A program made the position numbers and the translations under genes. A stretch of 48,978 nt of DNA from Heteronotia binoei (Eukaryota): positions 11,222,001 to 11,270,978 of the forward strand of contig NC_083236.1 in assembly GCF_032191835.1 (NCBI RefSeq). Direction: 5' to 3'. The notes beneath the pieces are model-generated. The model made no database searches and was not told the DNA's origin. It was given only the letters and a program-made list of their open reading frames with translations. This document shows positions 1 through 11,527 of the stretch, piece after piece. Positions within the stretch are counted from its first letter, which is position 1, and the number at the start of each line of letters is the position of its first letter.

Positions 1-232
1 AAGCGGCCCCACAAGTATGTTGGTTCCCAGCTACACAAGGCTTTAAAGGTCAAAAACAGTACCTTGACGTGGATCTGGTGCTCAATCAGTAGTCAGTGCA
101 ATTGGCATAGCACCGGCTAGATGGATGCCCGCAAAGGCGACACAGCAAGTTCACTGCCACATTTTGCACCAGTTGGGAACTTCCAGATCAGCCACAAGGA
201 CAAGCCTGCATAGAGCGAGTTAGAGTAATCAA
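1..232 (-). mobile_element. L2-clade LINE, RT C-terminal fragment (degenerate, runs off window start)
   Basis: Minus-strand translation gives ...DYSNSLYAGL...PVLCQLH.LLIEHQIHVKVLFLTFKAL, the L2 'LDYCN..LHWLP..RI.FKVL.LTFKAL' motif. Confidence 0.75.
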
Positions 233-2860
233 TTCCATTGTTAGAATAAACAGTAGTGGTGATATCAGGCATCCTTGTCGGGTTCCTATGGCGATCTCAA
301 TTTTTCCCGATAAGAATCCATTTACTAAGATTCTGCTTTATTGATGGGTGTAAATGCTTTTAATCCAATTTAAAAATTCTGTTTTGTAGAACTTTAATTA
401 GGAATGGCCAAAGCACATTATCAAAGGTTTTTTTCCTGCATCCAAGAACATAAATTCCATTTTTTAGCCTTTTCCCCTAGAATATTCAATTGTGATTAGG
501 AGATATCCGATGTTGTCCTTCATATATCTTTTTGGAGCAAATCCCATTTGATCTTGATGAATTAGTTCTGGAATATGTTTTCTTAGTCTATAAGACTGTG
601 GTAGTGATGGTCTTTGTGTATTACAGTAATATTAGCCTATTGACATCTAGGTGGCATTTGTTTTCTTTCATATCTCATTCATTACTTTTGGGAGCGATAT
701 TGTTGAAATATCTTCGAAGGTTTTATAATATGTTGCTGTCTGACCATCTGGACTGGGAGCTTAGTCTTTTAAAAAATATATTATAGCATAATAGGTTTCC
801 TGTACTATCACTTGATTTAATATTTTCCTACATTCAGGTGTAATTTTTTAAAATGATAACTCCTGCAGATATTTTTCCATTTCATCCTCATTTATGGGTT
901 CTTCTGTATAGAGATTTGTGAAGAAAGTTTTTATTTGATCCATCATTCCTTGTTCTTAATAAAGTACTTGGTTTCCTTTTCTGAATCCTTTTCCATTTCT
1001 TTTCTTAGGCAATGAGTTAGATCTCTTCCTGGTTTATTTGCAAATTCAAAATGCCTTTGTTTTAAATATTTTAGCCTTGTCTGCATTTCTTCCATTTCTA
1101 GCAGATCCAGATGATTTTTTAAATTGTTTGCTTATTTTCAGCATGTTCTTATTACCAGTGCTTTTATGTTCTTGTTCCAATGCCCTTATTTTGTCTGTTA
1201 TTTTCTTTATAGAATTTTGTTTTCCTTTTTTCTTTCTTGTAGCTTCAGCCAGTAAAGTCCCCCTAATGTGAACATTACTAGCCTCCGATGTTAATGATGC
1301 TGTAGTATCATTAGTAAGGAGCCCTGTGGCACAGAGTGGTAAAGCTGCAGTACTGCAATCTGGGCTCTCTGCTCATGACCTGAGTTCGGTCCCGGCAGAA
1401 GCTGGGTTCAGGTAGCCGGCCCAAGCCTTCCATCCTTCCGAAGTCGGTAAAATGAGTACCCAGCTTGCTGGGGGGAAAGTGTAGATGACTGGGGAAGGCA
1501 ATGGCAAACCACCCCATAAAAAAAAAAAGTCCTCTGTGAAAACTTCATGAAGTGTCCTGACCCCAGAGTCGGAAATGACTGGTGCTTGCACAGGGGACTA
1601 CCTTTACGATTAGTATCATTAGTATTATTGATGCTGAAATATTTTATTAGATCTTCCTTACATTTTTGTTTTACTTCATTTTGTGGTAGGAGTGTATCAT
1701 TTAATCGCCATCTCTTTTATTTTTTGTTTCCTCTCTTCCAAGTTCTATTGGATTATGATCTGCTAGAGTCTTTGATAAGACTTCTGCTTTTCCAACTTTT
1801 GCAGTTGTTTTAGATATTTAGCACATGTCTATTCTTGAATATGACTGATATCTGTCCAAGTGAAACATAAAGTCTCTTTCCTAAGAATGGAAAGTTCACC
1901 AGATGTCCTCCAATTCTAACATTGCCATATATTTGAATACATTATTTGGTAATTTTCTGCCAAGGATTGAGAACACCATTCATATATCTGAGGATCAGGC
2001 TTTCACCTTCATGGAAGTCTAATAGCATTTTTAGAAGTTTTCATAAAATTCATTTTTATTGTCATTTGGTGCATATTGGAACAAGAACATAAAGGCATTG
2101 GTAATAAGACAAGCAGAAAACGATCAAACAATGTCACTGTCCAGAGTTGTTCTTCTTGTAGTGTGATCTTCTGAATAAGATATCTTCCATTCTGATCTTT
2201 TAATTCTCCAGGTATTTCAAAACTTTGATTGTTGATATAAATTACTACACCTTTTTTCTTAGATCATACGGAAGCACTATAAAGTTTGCCCCATCTTCTG
2301 CAATTTAATAGATGTTCTTGATTCTTCTTTCTTAGTTCGTTAAGACTTGCTGAAATTATTTTGAGCTCATTCATTTTTTTTTCTCCTTTCCTTTCTTTTT
2401 TCCCTTATAGTTTTTCTTTGTCTCCTTCTCCTTCTTTAGGAGAGGGCCCAGAGTTATCTGATAGCTTTGATCACTATCTGGTTTCAGTTCTTGTAAAAGT
2501 TCTGGTGTCCGTTGTAATGTTATTATTTTCCTACCCTTCGTCAGAAATATTTCTAAAGCACATAGAATTTGCCAACGGTAACTTATGTTTTTCTGTCAAA
2601 GCGCTCATCAGGTTTCCAAATTCTTTCCGTTTCTTGATTCTGTTCAGTGGAAGAGCCTGAAAAATTTCAATTTATTGACCTCCATTTTAAGAGGCCCTTT
2701 ACTGTGTTGTGATAAAATTGTGTCTTTTGTGTGTGCGTGTGAGTGGAAGAGACCGGTATGTCTCTTGCTTGTCTGGCGCATCTTGAATTGATTCTGAAAA
2801 TTGATTCTGAAAATTAAATGTTAAGACTAGGTATATAAAAAATAAATTTCTATCTCCCCC
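233..2860 (-). mobile_element. L1 LINE, 5' part (ORF1, endonuclease and start of RT), degenerate
   Basis: Minus strand: GTRQGCLISPLLFILTME at about 235-290 (L1 RT motif GTRQGCPLSPLLF) and YSRIDM at 1824-1841 (L1 endonuclease motif); A-rich coding strand; many stops. Confidence 0.8.
1317..1610 (+). mobile_element. Sauria SINE, full length, inserted in L1
   Basis: tRNA-like head (gtggcacagagtgg ... gagttcggtccc), tail gcacaggggactaccttta; 14-bp TSD tagtatcattagta at 1303-1316 and 1611-1624. Confidence 0.9.
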
Positions 2861-3074
2861 CCCCTCCTTCACCCAATAAAAACTATGTAATAAACTTTGG
2901 CCTGGCAGCACTCTCTGGGTGACTTGATGCTGCCTGATTGGCTGGCATGACTTAAGTAGGCTTGGCTTCTTGCTCCTGTTCAGCCGCAGGTCCCTCCACG
3001 ACAGCCAGTGCGACAGAGCAGTTCGCACTTCAGAGCATGGTCTGCCAGACCCAGCTTCTTGCTGTGGGAGCTGA

Positions 3075-3205
3075 CTGGATGACTTTGGATCAGTCACAGA
3101 CTTTCAGCCCAGCCTACCTCACAGGGTTGTTGTGCAGATCAAAAGGGGGAGGGGAGAATGATGTAAGCTGCTTTGGTCCCCCCCCCCCCCCCCCGTGGAG
3201 AAAGA
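3075..3205 (+). mobile_element. Squam3-type SINE, 3' part
   Basis: cagcctacctcacagggttgttgtg...gatgtaagctgctttgg...ggagaaag, shared with other SINE copies in the window. Confidence 0.6.
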
Positions 3206-3306
3206 CTGTCCTTTTCCTAGGTAAAGGGCACAGGGAGGGGGAAAAGATGGAAAGCTGAAGTCAGAGTGGCAGCTAAAGGTAGGTTGATGGTTGGCTGAGA
3301 AAGAGA

Positions 3307-3600
3307 TAGGGTTGCCAACTCCAGGTTGGGAAATTCCTGGAGATTTGAGAGGTGGAGCCTGGAGACGGTGGGGTTTGAGGCAGGATGGGACCTCAGACAG
3401 GTACAATGCCATAGATGCCACCCTCCAAGCCAGCCATTTCCTTCTGGTGAACCATTGTTGCCAATCTCCAGGTGAGGGCTGGAGATCACTCAGAATTACA
3501 ACTGCTCTCCAGATGGCAGAGATTACTTCCCCTGGAGAAAATGGCTGCTTTGTTGGGAAGATTCTGTGTCATTATACCCTGCTGAGGTTGCTTCCCTCCT
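3307..3600. mobile_element. hAT (Blackjack-like) MITE, partial
   Basis: Starts with tagggttgccaac; body similar to 32384-32545 and 45575-46082. Confidence 0.7.
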
Positions 3601-3614
3601 GCTTTGGTCTACAC

Positions 3615-3707
3615 CAAACTTGTTCAACCTGCGGCCCAAGGGCCACATGCAGCCCAGGATGGCTTTGAATGTGGCCCCAACACAAACTCATAAACTTTCT
3701 TAGAACA
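3615..3707. mobile_element. hAT-Charlie terminal fragment resembling MER30/Charlie12
   Basis: caaacttgttcaacctgcggccc...ggctttgaatgtggccccaacacaaactcataaactttctta aligns by eye with one end of the MER30 consensus as recalled; left flank gtctacac resembles the nTCTAGAn Charlie target. Confidence 0.7.
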
Positions 3708-3983
3708 GCACCTGGAACTGTGTGCTGCAGTGGCAGCAGATCCTGGGACTGAGGCTACATCTGGTTGCTTTTTCCTCCTGCTTGCTTTTCCCCTCTACCA
3801 CCAGAGAGGGCTCCAGAGCTGACACAGAGCATGTGTGCGTGAGTGCTCTTCCTTTGCTCCTGGATGCTCTCCAGGTCTTCTTTCCCTCATTCTCGCAGGT
3901 GCCTGCTAAAGGCTGAGTGTGAGAATGAGGGAAGAGGGAGAAGGGAAGGGAAAACATTGATTTACTTTTCTAGAGCCACAACA

Positions 3984-5312
3984 TGGAGAGGAGACAACTG
4001 GAAGGTGATACGATATCCATCTTCAAGTACTTGAAAGGCTGCCATGTAGAGCAGGGGTCCCCAACCCCCGGTCCATGGACCGGTCCCAGTCTATGGCCTG
4101 TCTGGAACCGGTTCACGAAGACTGCCCCCCCCACAGCGCAGTGCAGCCTGCTGCCCCCATCTCTCCTCGTGCGCCTCCACCACCACTCTCCGTTTTAAGG
4201 CAGAAGAAAGGGTGGTGAAGCGCCGCCTTTCCCGGCTCCTTAAGGGCTGACCACCCCCATCCCAGCGCCAATCTCAGCGGGAAAAACCTTTGTAGCAGCG
4301 GACGGCAACCCACTGAAGAAGCGGCCCTGCCCTTGCCTGCTCTCCACTTCCTTCCTGGGCGTGGGAAGGAAGTGGGGTGGAGACAAGGGCGGTGCCACTT
4401 CTTCAGCAGGTTGCCCTCCGCTGCCACAAAGGTCTTTCCCACCGAGATTGGCGTGGGGGGAGGCAGTCAGCCCTTAAGGGGCCGGGGAAGGTGGCGCTTC
4501 ACCACCCTTGCTTCTGCCTTAAAACAGTAGAAACGGAGGGTGGTGGAGGAGGCGCCACAACGAGAGACGGGGCAGGAAGGCTGCACAGCCGCGGAGGGGG
4601 TGGCGGGGAGGATGCACAGCTGCCGGGGGGGTGGCAGGGAGTCTGCACGGCCGCGGGGGCATGATGGGAAGGCTGCACGGCCGCAGGGGGTGGTGGGGCT
4701 GAATTTGATGCCCCCACCCTCCCAGCCCTGGGGCCATGGTGGGTGGGCTGGCCCTGGTGCCGGTCCCCAGCACTACAAAGGTTGGGGACCACTGATGTAG
4801 AGGATAGTATGGACTTCTTTTCTGTCGCCCCAGAAGGTTGGACCCAGAACCAACAAGTTGAAATTAAATCAAAAGAGTTTCCAGCTAAATATTAGGAAGA
4901 CCTTCCTGACAGAGCGGTTCCTCAGTGGAACAGACTTCCTTAGGAGATGGTGGCCTCTCCTCCTTTGGAGGTTTTTTAAGAGAGGCTAGATAGCAATGCT
5001 GATTTTGTGACTTTAGGCAGATCATGAGAAGGAGGGTAGGAAGGGTTGCATCAGTGTTTAGTTCTTGTGGCCCCTTTCTACACACCCGAGGAAATGCTGT
5101 TCACCACTGTGGTGTCAGGCGGCAATTTTTCTCCCGACCAGTTTGACCAGGGATTCTGGAGGTGGTGGGGTGTTCCCCCCCCCACACACACACATCTTCT
5201 GAGCAAGGAGCAGGGCTCACTGGGGATATGGGTGGGAGGAGGTATTGCCTGCATTGTGCAGGAGGTTGGACCACAGGACCCTGGAGGTCCCTTCCAACTC
5301 TATGATTCTATG
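3984..5312 (+). mobile_element. CR1 LINE 3' end, interrupted by a hAT MITE
   Basis: Encodes ERRQLEGDTISIFKYLKGCHVE; resumes after 4802; ends in gaggtcccttccaactctatgattctatg (CR1 tail). Confidence 0.85.
4052..4794. mobile_element. hAT-Charlie MITE with MER1/Charlie3/OC1-like ends (743 bp)
   Basis: TIRs CAGGGGTCCCCAACC / GGTTGGGGACCACTG; perfect 8-bp TSD atgtagag at 4044-4051 and 4795-4802; the CR1 sequence is continuous across it. Confidence 0.9.
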
Positions 5313-6018
5313 TTACACATTTTGTTGCAGGTCTCCTCTTTTATATCAAATTAAAATAAGGGTTACAAAAATGATACATTTATGCATTTTTACACATTGA
5401 TCTGTTTTAAGAGTAGAAAGCATTCATCATCTCTGGCCAAGCAATTGCATCTCTTCCCTGTTTGGGGAACAAAAGGGAATCAATAACCTGGGAATCAATA
5501 TCCAGTACAAAAACAATATATGACTTTTTTGGACTCTCTGCTTCTGCTGACTTGGCAACTGGATTGCTTTGTTTGTTTGGTGCATTAACGGGCATCCTGG
5601 ATACAATCACGTCAACCAGAATTCTGGGAGATCTCCAGCCCCCATCTAGAGGTTGGCAAGCCTACAAGTGGCCCAGGTGAAAAGGGCCAGATCTCTCTGG
5701 TGTGTAACGTCAGATGCTGCACTTTTACTGAAGTTCTTTGCAATCGTTGTGGGAGATCACTGAGAGCTCTGTATAAAAATGGGATGTATTGGGGGTGTGA
5801 GTTCTTTGTTTAAATTATTTCTAGGCTGTACTCTCAGCTGGAAAGCTTTTAAGGCAGCCTACCAAAATAGCATTAAAATTTGGTTGTATGTGTTGCTGTA
5901 TGCTTATAAAACAGACCAGACAGTTGAAGATCATTGTGTGGATGGAGACCAGGAAGTTAAGAGATTAAGGAGGAGTTTCTTAGTGTGATTTATTTTTTCC
6001 AGTAGTATTTGTTGTGGG

Positions 6019-6494
6019 CAGGGCCGGTGCATGGGAGTAGGCAACTGCCTAGGGCGCCAACTTCCAGCAGGGGCGGGTGCCCCCTCCCTGCTTGCGCCGC
6101 CCCCGAGCCTTGGACTGGCTTCCTGTCTGTAGCACCCACGGACTGGCTTCCGCAACTCCTTAAAGCCAAGAAAGAATGGCACTTACACTCTGCAGTGCCC
6201 GATTAACTCGGCGAGCGCTGCGGAGTGAAAGCGCCGGCCGGGAGTGTTTTTCAAGGCTTTAAGGGTTCGGGGGAGCTCCCCCAACCCCTTAAAACCTAGA
6301 AAGAACAGTGCTTCCACTCCGCAGTGCCCACCCAACTCAGAGAGTGCTGCGCTGGGGATGAGCCGAGTACCCTGCGTGATGACATCACCTTAGGGTGACA
6401 TCATCATGCCGCACGGACGTAACATTTAATCATACCGGGGAGGGGGCGCATTGGGGTTCTGCCTTGGGCGGCAGAACACCACTCACCGGGCCTG
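6019..6494. mobile_element. hAT (Tip100-like) MITE (476 bp)
   Basis: TIRs CAGGGCCGGTG / CACCGGGCCTG; perfect 8-bp TSD gttgtggg at 6011-6018 and 6495-6502. Confidence 0.88.
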
Positions 6495-6532
6495 GTTGTG
6501 GGAATATGCAGGCTGTACATGAGTTGTGAACA

Positions 6533-6720
6533 CAGGGCTTTTTTTGTAACAGAAAATCCTTTGCATATTAGGCCACACACACCGATGTAGCCAATCCTCC
6601 AAGAGCTTACAGGGCTCTTAGGACAGGGCCTACTGTAAACTCCAGGATGATTGGCTACATCAGGTTTGTTTGTGTGGCCTAATATGCAAAGGAGTTCCTG
6701 CTGCAAAAAAAAAAAGCCCT
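6533..6720. mobile_element. Palindromic hAT MITE (188 bp)
   Basis: TIRs CAGGGCTTTTTTT / AAAAAAAGCCCTG; internal arms are near reverse complements; TSD only 5/8 matching. Confidence 0.8.
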
Positions 6721-7039
6721 GGGTGAGGAAGAGAATTTTTTCCTGTCTTGGTTTTCCACTTCTTGTTTTTCAGCCAGCCATGTATGTGTCTGTGGGGAGG
6801 GGGGATGCATTGACTACTTATATCTCAGTTGGTAATGGTGCTGGTGTTCATTAGTTCTGTTGCCAAATGATAGGGGCTGGAGGTATCATTCATCACTTTA
6901 ACGTATACATTTTTTGTGTCCATGTGTGTATTCCCCTCCCCCATAGAATAACTCTGTGTAACCAATGTGTACAAGACTGTGATTAGAGCACAGGTGTGTG
7001 ATTCCCATATTTACATGATTTTGTGTTCTTTCTCTTTAG

Positions 7040-7079
7040 ATTAAAATATGTAATGGTCTCATTACAGTAACTGGGAAAG
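7040..7079 (+). other. RALGAPA2: Putative 40-nt stop-codon exon of RALGAPA2 (AT + TAA at 7042-7044 + 35 nt UTR)
   Basis: Pyrimidine tract and AG acceptor (ttgtgttctttctctttag, AG 7038-7039); donor aag/gtaaga at 7080. G|AT TAA would complete a terminal Asp, as in the human RALGAPA2 C-terminus (...SGTD) as recalled. RALGAPA2 lies convergent and downstream of INSM1 in human. Upstream coding exons were not found in the window. Confidence 0.6.
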
Positions 7080-9359
7080 GTAAGAGGTTGTTCCCATGGC
7101 ATCTTGCTCCATTTACTAACCAGATTCCTTCTGTCACTTGCATGAAGCTGAAACACCACTTGCTGGGGCAGCTGTCTTTCTTTTGGGCTGAGTCCTGCAC
7201 CAATTGAAGGGGCCCCTTGCTATGCCCACCTTGCTTCCCAGCCAGCTCTAAGAATCCTGTTGCTAGCATCTCTTTGCCCTTGCATGTCTCAACTTCACAG
7301 AAAAACATCCCCCCCCCCCCCCCCACTCTTCTGTTCCTGTTTGCTTCAGGCAGAATCTGACACCAACACCTGCCACGGTGGAAAATGTCTTTGTTGATTT
7401 GCACTTTTGTTTGAATTGCTGCAGGGGAGCCAATGGGCTTTAAGGCTGCTTTCCTTTTTTGTGTTGTGCTTAAGCACCCTGGAACAGGATCTTGAGATGG
7501 CGCTGATAAGGAGCAGCACGTGCTGCTCTGGTCCTTTACATCCTCTAGGCTCTTTTTCTGGGAAGGGCAGATTGCTGAGCTGGGGCCAATGAATGAAACA
7601 GCTGGGGGAGGAAAAAATCAACAAAAGAAGGGAAAACACAGGCTGCCCTGAACCTGGCAATTGCCGGTATCATTTCAGAGCCAGAGAGCAGGCTGGCCGC
7701 ACGCCAGGTGTGACCTTTGCAGTCTGGTTGGTACTGCTTGTTTAGGTAATTCCCAGCAAAGGAAAGAAGCTGCCCGGCAGTGGAGCCGGGAGTGGATGGG
7801 TTGCTGCAACACAAAGCCACCTCCCAAAGACATGGAACCAAGGAGGCTTAAAGAATAACATGTCAAGCAGCTAGGTCATCGGGTTGAGGGATGATTCTCT
7901 GTTGCACCCATACACCAGCCAAAAATTCCCCCTACCTTGTTGATGGCTTGTTCAGGGTTATCCTTAAAAAAGCATTGTGTTTCAACACCTAATATGCACT
8001 TATTGGTAATAGGCTTTCAATCCTTTTACAGTCTGGTTGCAACTTCATTACCGCAAAATGGTTTCATTGAAGTTGATGGAACTTCCTTCCTAGTAATATG
8101 AAGGTTTTCTTATCCTAAGAGAGAAGTCGTGAACAATATGCAAGCCAAAGTGTCCTTTAAGAGCAGACTGACAGACAGTCTTGCTGCTTTGTACTGAACT
8201 GAGGACCTTTGCACTGGCTCTGGTACATTCGTATGTTCTTTATTAGAGGTAGGACTGGGTATTGCTCATTTCCAGAGTGGGGCTGCGAAGGAAGGAAGGA
8301 AGGTGCCAGCAGCAGAGCCAAGAGTGACTGGATGGGTTGCTAAGGCACCAAATTAACTTCTTTACAAAGCCATCTCCCAAAGCAATGGAACCAGGGAGGC
8401 TAGCTCTATGACGGACAAGAATATTTCATTTATGTATTTATTTATTTTGATTTTTATTCTGCCCTCCGTACAAGTGGACTCAGGGTACATTACATCAAGA
8501 AGTATACAGTAGATTAAGCACAATAGTTCAATAACTTAATACAGTTAAAACGTTAGTTAAAACACAGACAGCAATTAAAATGTGATTAACTCAAGCCGGA
8601 GCCACTGGATTATTGAAGATCTTAAAAACTGGCCAGATAGAAAGAAGAGCTGCGGTCTGGGAGGCCAGCTTGATTAAAATTCCATATTCTGTGGCAAAAT
8701 GAAACTCCGGGTCAGTCTATTCAGCCCCAGATGGCTTACCAGTGAAACTCCTAGAATATTTGTATCAGACTTCTACCTTCCACAGTTCTTTGCTCCTTCT
8801 GCAGCTGTTGCCTCCCCATCAATCAAGACCCATTTAGAGGCAAGGAAGGAGGCAGGTTTTGCAGTTAAGCCCTTGGCAGGGGGAGGTTTTGACTGATGGA
8901 ATGTGTGATCTTGACAGGCTCACTGGAATGTGCCATTGCAAAGGGCAAAGTGTGACTGCCCTTTGCTTGCTTGTTTGCATTGCACAGCTTTTTCAGATGC
9001 ACAGGAGTGCTCTTGTTGGGGGGGAGGGGCTTGCGTGATCAGTTTTGCTTGAGCTTGCTCGTTTGGGGGAAATAGCATTATTTGGGCCATCTGTCAGTCT
9101 TCTCAGCTGCAGGAATGTGAAACACAGCAGCACCCACCCTTGGCTTCTCCAGAGGGAAAGTATGGCACCTTAACAGTTCCGTCGAAGTCCTACATATTTC
9201 ATGCACAGTCATGCTGTTTGCTTGCTTGCTTTACATTTACATTTATAATTAACTAAACACTGATAAGTAAACAGTCTGAATCCTCATTTACTCAATAAAT
9301 GCCTAAGTGAGCAATTAATGGAAACCATTTTTTCATGAGATATTAACAGCATAGCCCTC

Positions 9360-10205
9360 TATGCTGGACCCATTCCAGTCTGTCTTCTGCCCTGGCTCTG
9401 ATCACCCTCATAGATGACTTCTGGAGGCATCTGTTCTATGGCGGGTCAGCTCTACTGTTGTTACTTGACCTGGCATTTGACACACTCAGCTACGATCTTA
9501 TGGCGCACCACCTTGCTAAGATGGGGATACGAGGGGCTGCTTTGTGGTGCCTCATCTCCTTTCTCCGCAGTCAGAGGCACAGGGTGGTGATTGGGGGAGA
9601 GGGTTTCACTGCACTACCCTTTGGTATGTGGCATCCCACACAAGGGGCAATCCTATTCCTTGCGTTATTTAACATATGCACCCCTCACCCAGTGTGTCTG
9701 GAGGTTTGGGCTGGGTTTAGTTTAGTTTAGTTTGTTTACAATTTATATCCCGCCCTTCCCACCAAAGTGGCTCAGGGCGGCTTACAGCATATAAAATCTA
9801 ACATAAAAATATTACATTTAAACATTTTACACAGTTAAAACATTAAAAAAGCATAACAGCAGTCTAATAAAACTACACTCAGTTTTCAATGCCGGTTAGT
9901 TATAAGCCAGCCGGAAGAGGGCTGTCTTGCAGGCCCTGCGGAACTGGGCACAAGTTGTCACCCAGCTGTATCTGTTAATGGACAACTAACCAGATGCCAT
10001 CCCAGAGGTTCTGGCTCGAGCATTGGAGGCTGTGACTGGCTGGTTGCAGCAGAGCCATCTGAAACTTAAATCCATCAAAGCCGGAGGTCCTATGCTTGAG
10101 TCACAGAGGTGTGGAATCAGGGATCCAGCTCCCAGTTCTTGGTGGGCTGCTATTGATGCCAACACCAGTGGTGAGGAGCTTGGGCATGGTCTTAGATGCT
10201 TCACT
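9360..10205 (+). mobile_element. L2-clade LINE RT fragment, degenerate
   Basis: LLDLAFDTLSYDLMAHHLAKMGIRGAALWCLISFL (ORF 9458..9730) and LEAVTGWLQQSHLKL (ORF 10023..10298). Confidence 0.8.
9717..9945 (-). mobile_element. L2 3' tail nested in the plus-strand L2
   Basis: (tttag)n tail, atttatatcccgccc...ctcagggcggctta and tcttgcaggccctgcggaactg, shared with 24245-24700. Confidence 0.65.
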
Positions 10206-10220
10206 TTCTATGGAGGCCCA

Positions 10221-10347
10221 AGCCCCCTCCAGCCCCACCCACCTCACAGGGTGTTTGTGGTGGGGGAGGGAGATAAAGGAGATTGTGAGCCGCTCTGAGA
10301 CTCTTGAGTGGAGGGCGGGATATAAATCCAATATCTTCATCTTCTTC
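10221..10347 (+). mobile_element. Squam3-type SINE, 3' half
   Basis: Nearly identical to the 3' half of the 16059-16327 copy; (ctt)n tail. Confidence 0.8.
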
Positions 10348-11527
10348 ACTGAATAAAACAACTCCTGTGCCTGAAATGTAGTGGGGTGGGGGGGAGAACT
10401 GCTTTGTCACTGACTGCCCATCCAGCACCCAGGCCTCTTCTCCCCCAAAGCCCATGGAGGCCTCTAAGAAGTTAACCAGAGAATAACTAGAAGGGGCCTC
10501 GCGCAAAGGCAAGGATGGTGCTGCAATGGCTCATGCCCCCACTGATGAGGGGATAGTGAGAGACGATCATTGGACAGCAATGGCAGAGACTTCCAGTGCC
10601 AGGAAACGGGAGCAACCTGCTGTGAATGGTGCCAAGTGGCAGGTTCAGAAACCCCAAGGTGAGAACATGGGGAACTTTGTTTTGTGTCCCAGTTGTATTA
10701 GAGAACCCCAAGTTAAACACCAACGTATGTGTACAAGCACTGCTGGACTCGGGGTGCACCCAAGACTTCATTGCCCCCTCTGTAGTCACGGGACTAGGAG
10801 TAAACTCAGTGGACCTCCCTGAGCCCATTCACTTCGAGCAGATGGATGGATTGACGATGTGGGGAGAACCATGCACCTTAGAGACTGCGCCTATCCCAGT
10901 GGGGATTGGAAGGCACTGGGAAGAACACACTTTTGTAGTGTCCCCCTCAACGAGCTTTCCAGTGGTGTTGGGGGGGCAGTAGTTGAAGGACCACGACCCC
11001 TATGTACATTGGAGCGAAAAAAGACTATATTTTCCAGTTTACTCTTAAGCACCTCCCTGGCAAACACAGCTTCTCGGCCAGTGCCTTGTCCTACCTTCCA
11101 CAACATAAGAAACACACCTGGGACCCTGGATGGGGCCCCCACCCCCCCTCTCCCTGAGAGGGTCTGTTTAACTAGAGAAGAGGTGAGTGAGATCCCCCAG
11201 GAGTATACAGACAAGCTCAGTGTTCGGAGAGTGAGGCTGACAAACTGCCCCCCCCCACCACATACAGGGCTACTGATTGTGCTATTGAATTGATCCCAGG
11301 AGAGCCCCTGCCAAAAGCCAAATTGTTCAATGACATCCTCAGAAAAAGCAGAGGTTAGGAAGATTTTAGACAAAAACTTGGCTAGTGGATTCGTATGTCC
11401 CGCTAATTCCCCACACGTAACCCCGGTATTGTTCCAGAAAAAGAAAGATGAGAGCCTGCGATTGTGCACAGACTACAGGGGGCTGAATGCGGTGTCCATG
11501 TCTAATGCCTATCTGATACTGCTGATC

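Noticed and set aside
200-300. L1-L2 chimeric LINE at the junction near 232
   Set aside because: More simply a 5'-truncated L2 inserted into the L1 in the same orientation. The other flank is outside the window.
5407-5680. Overlapping short ORFs as an exon
   Set aside because: No recognisable homology and no convincing splice sites.
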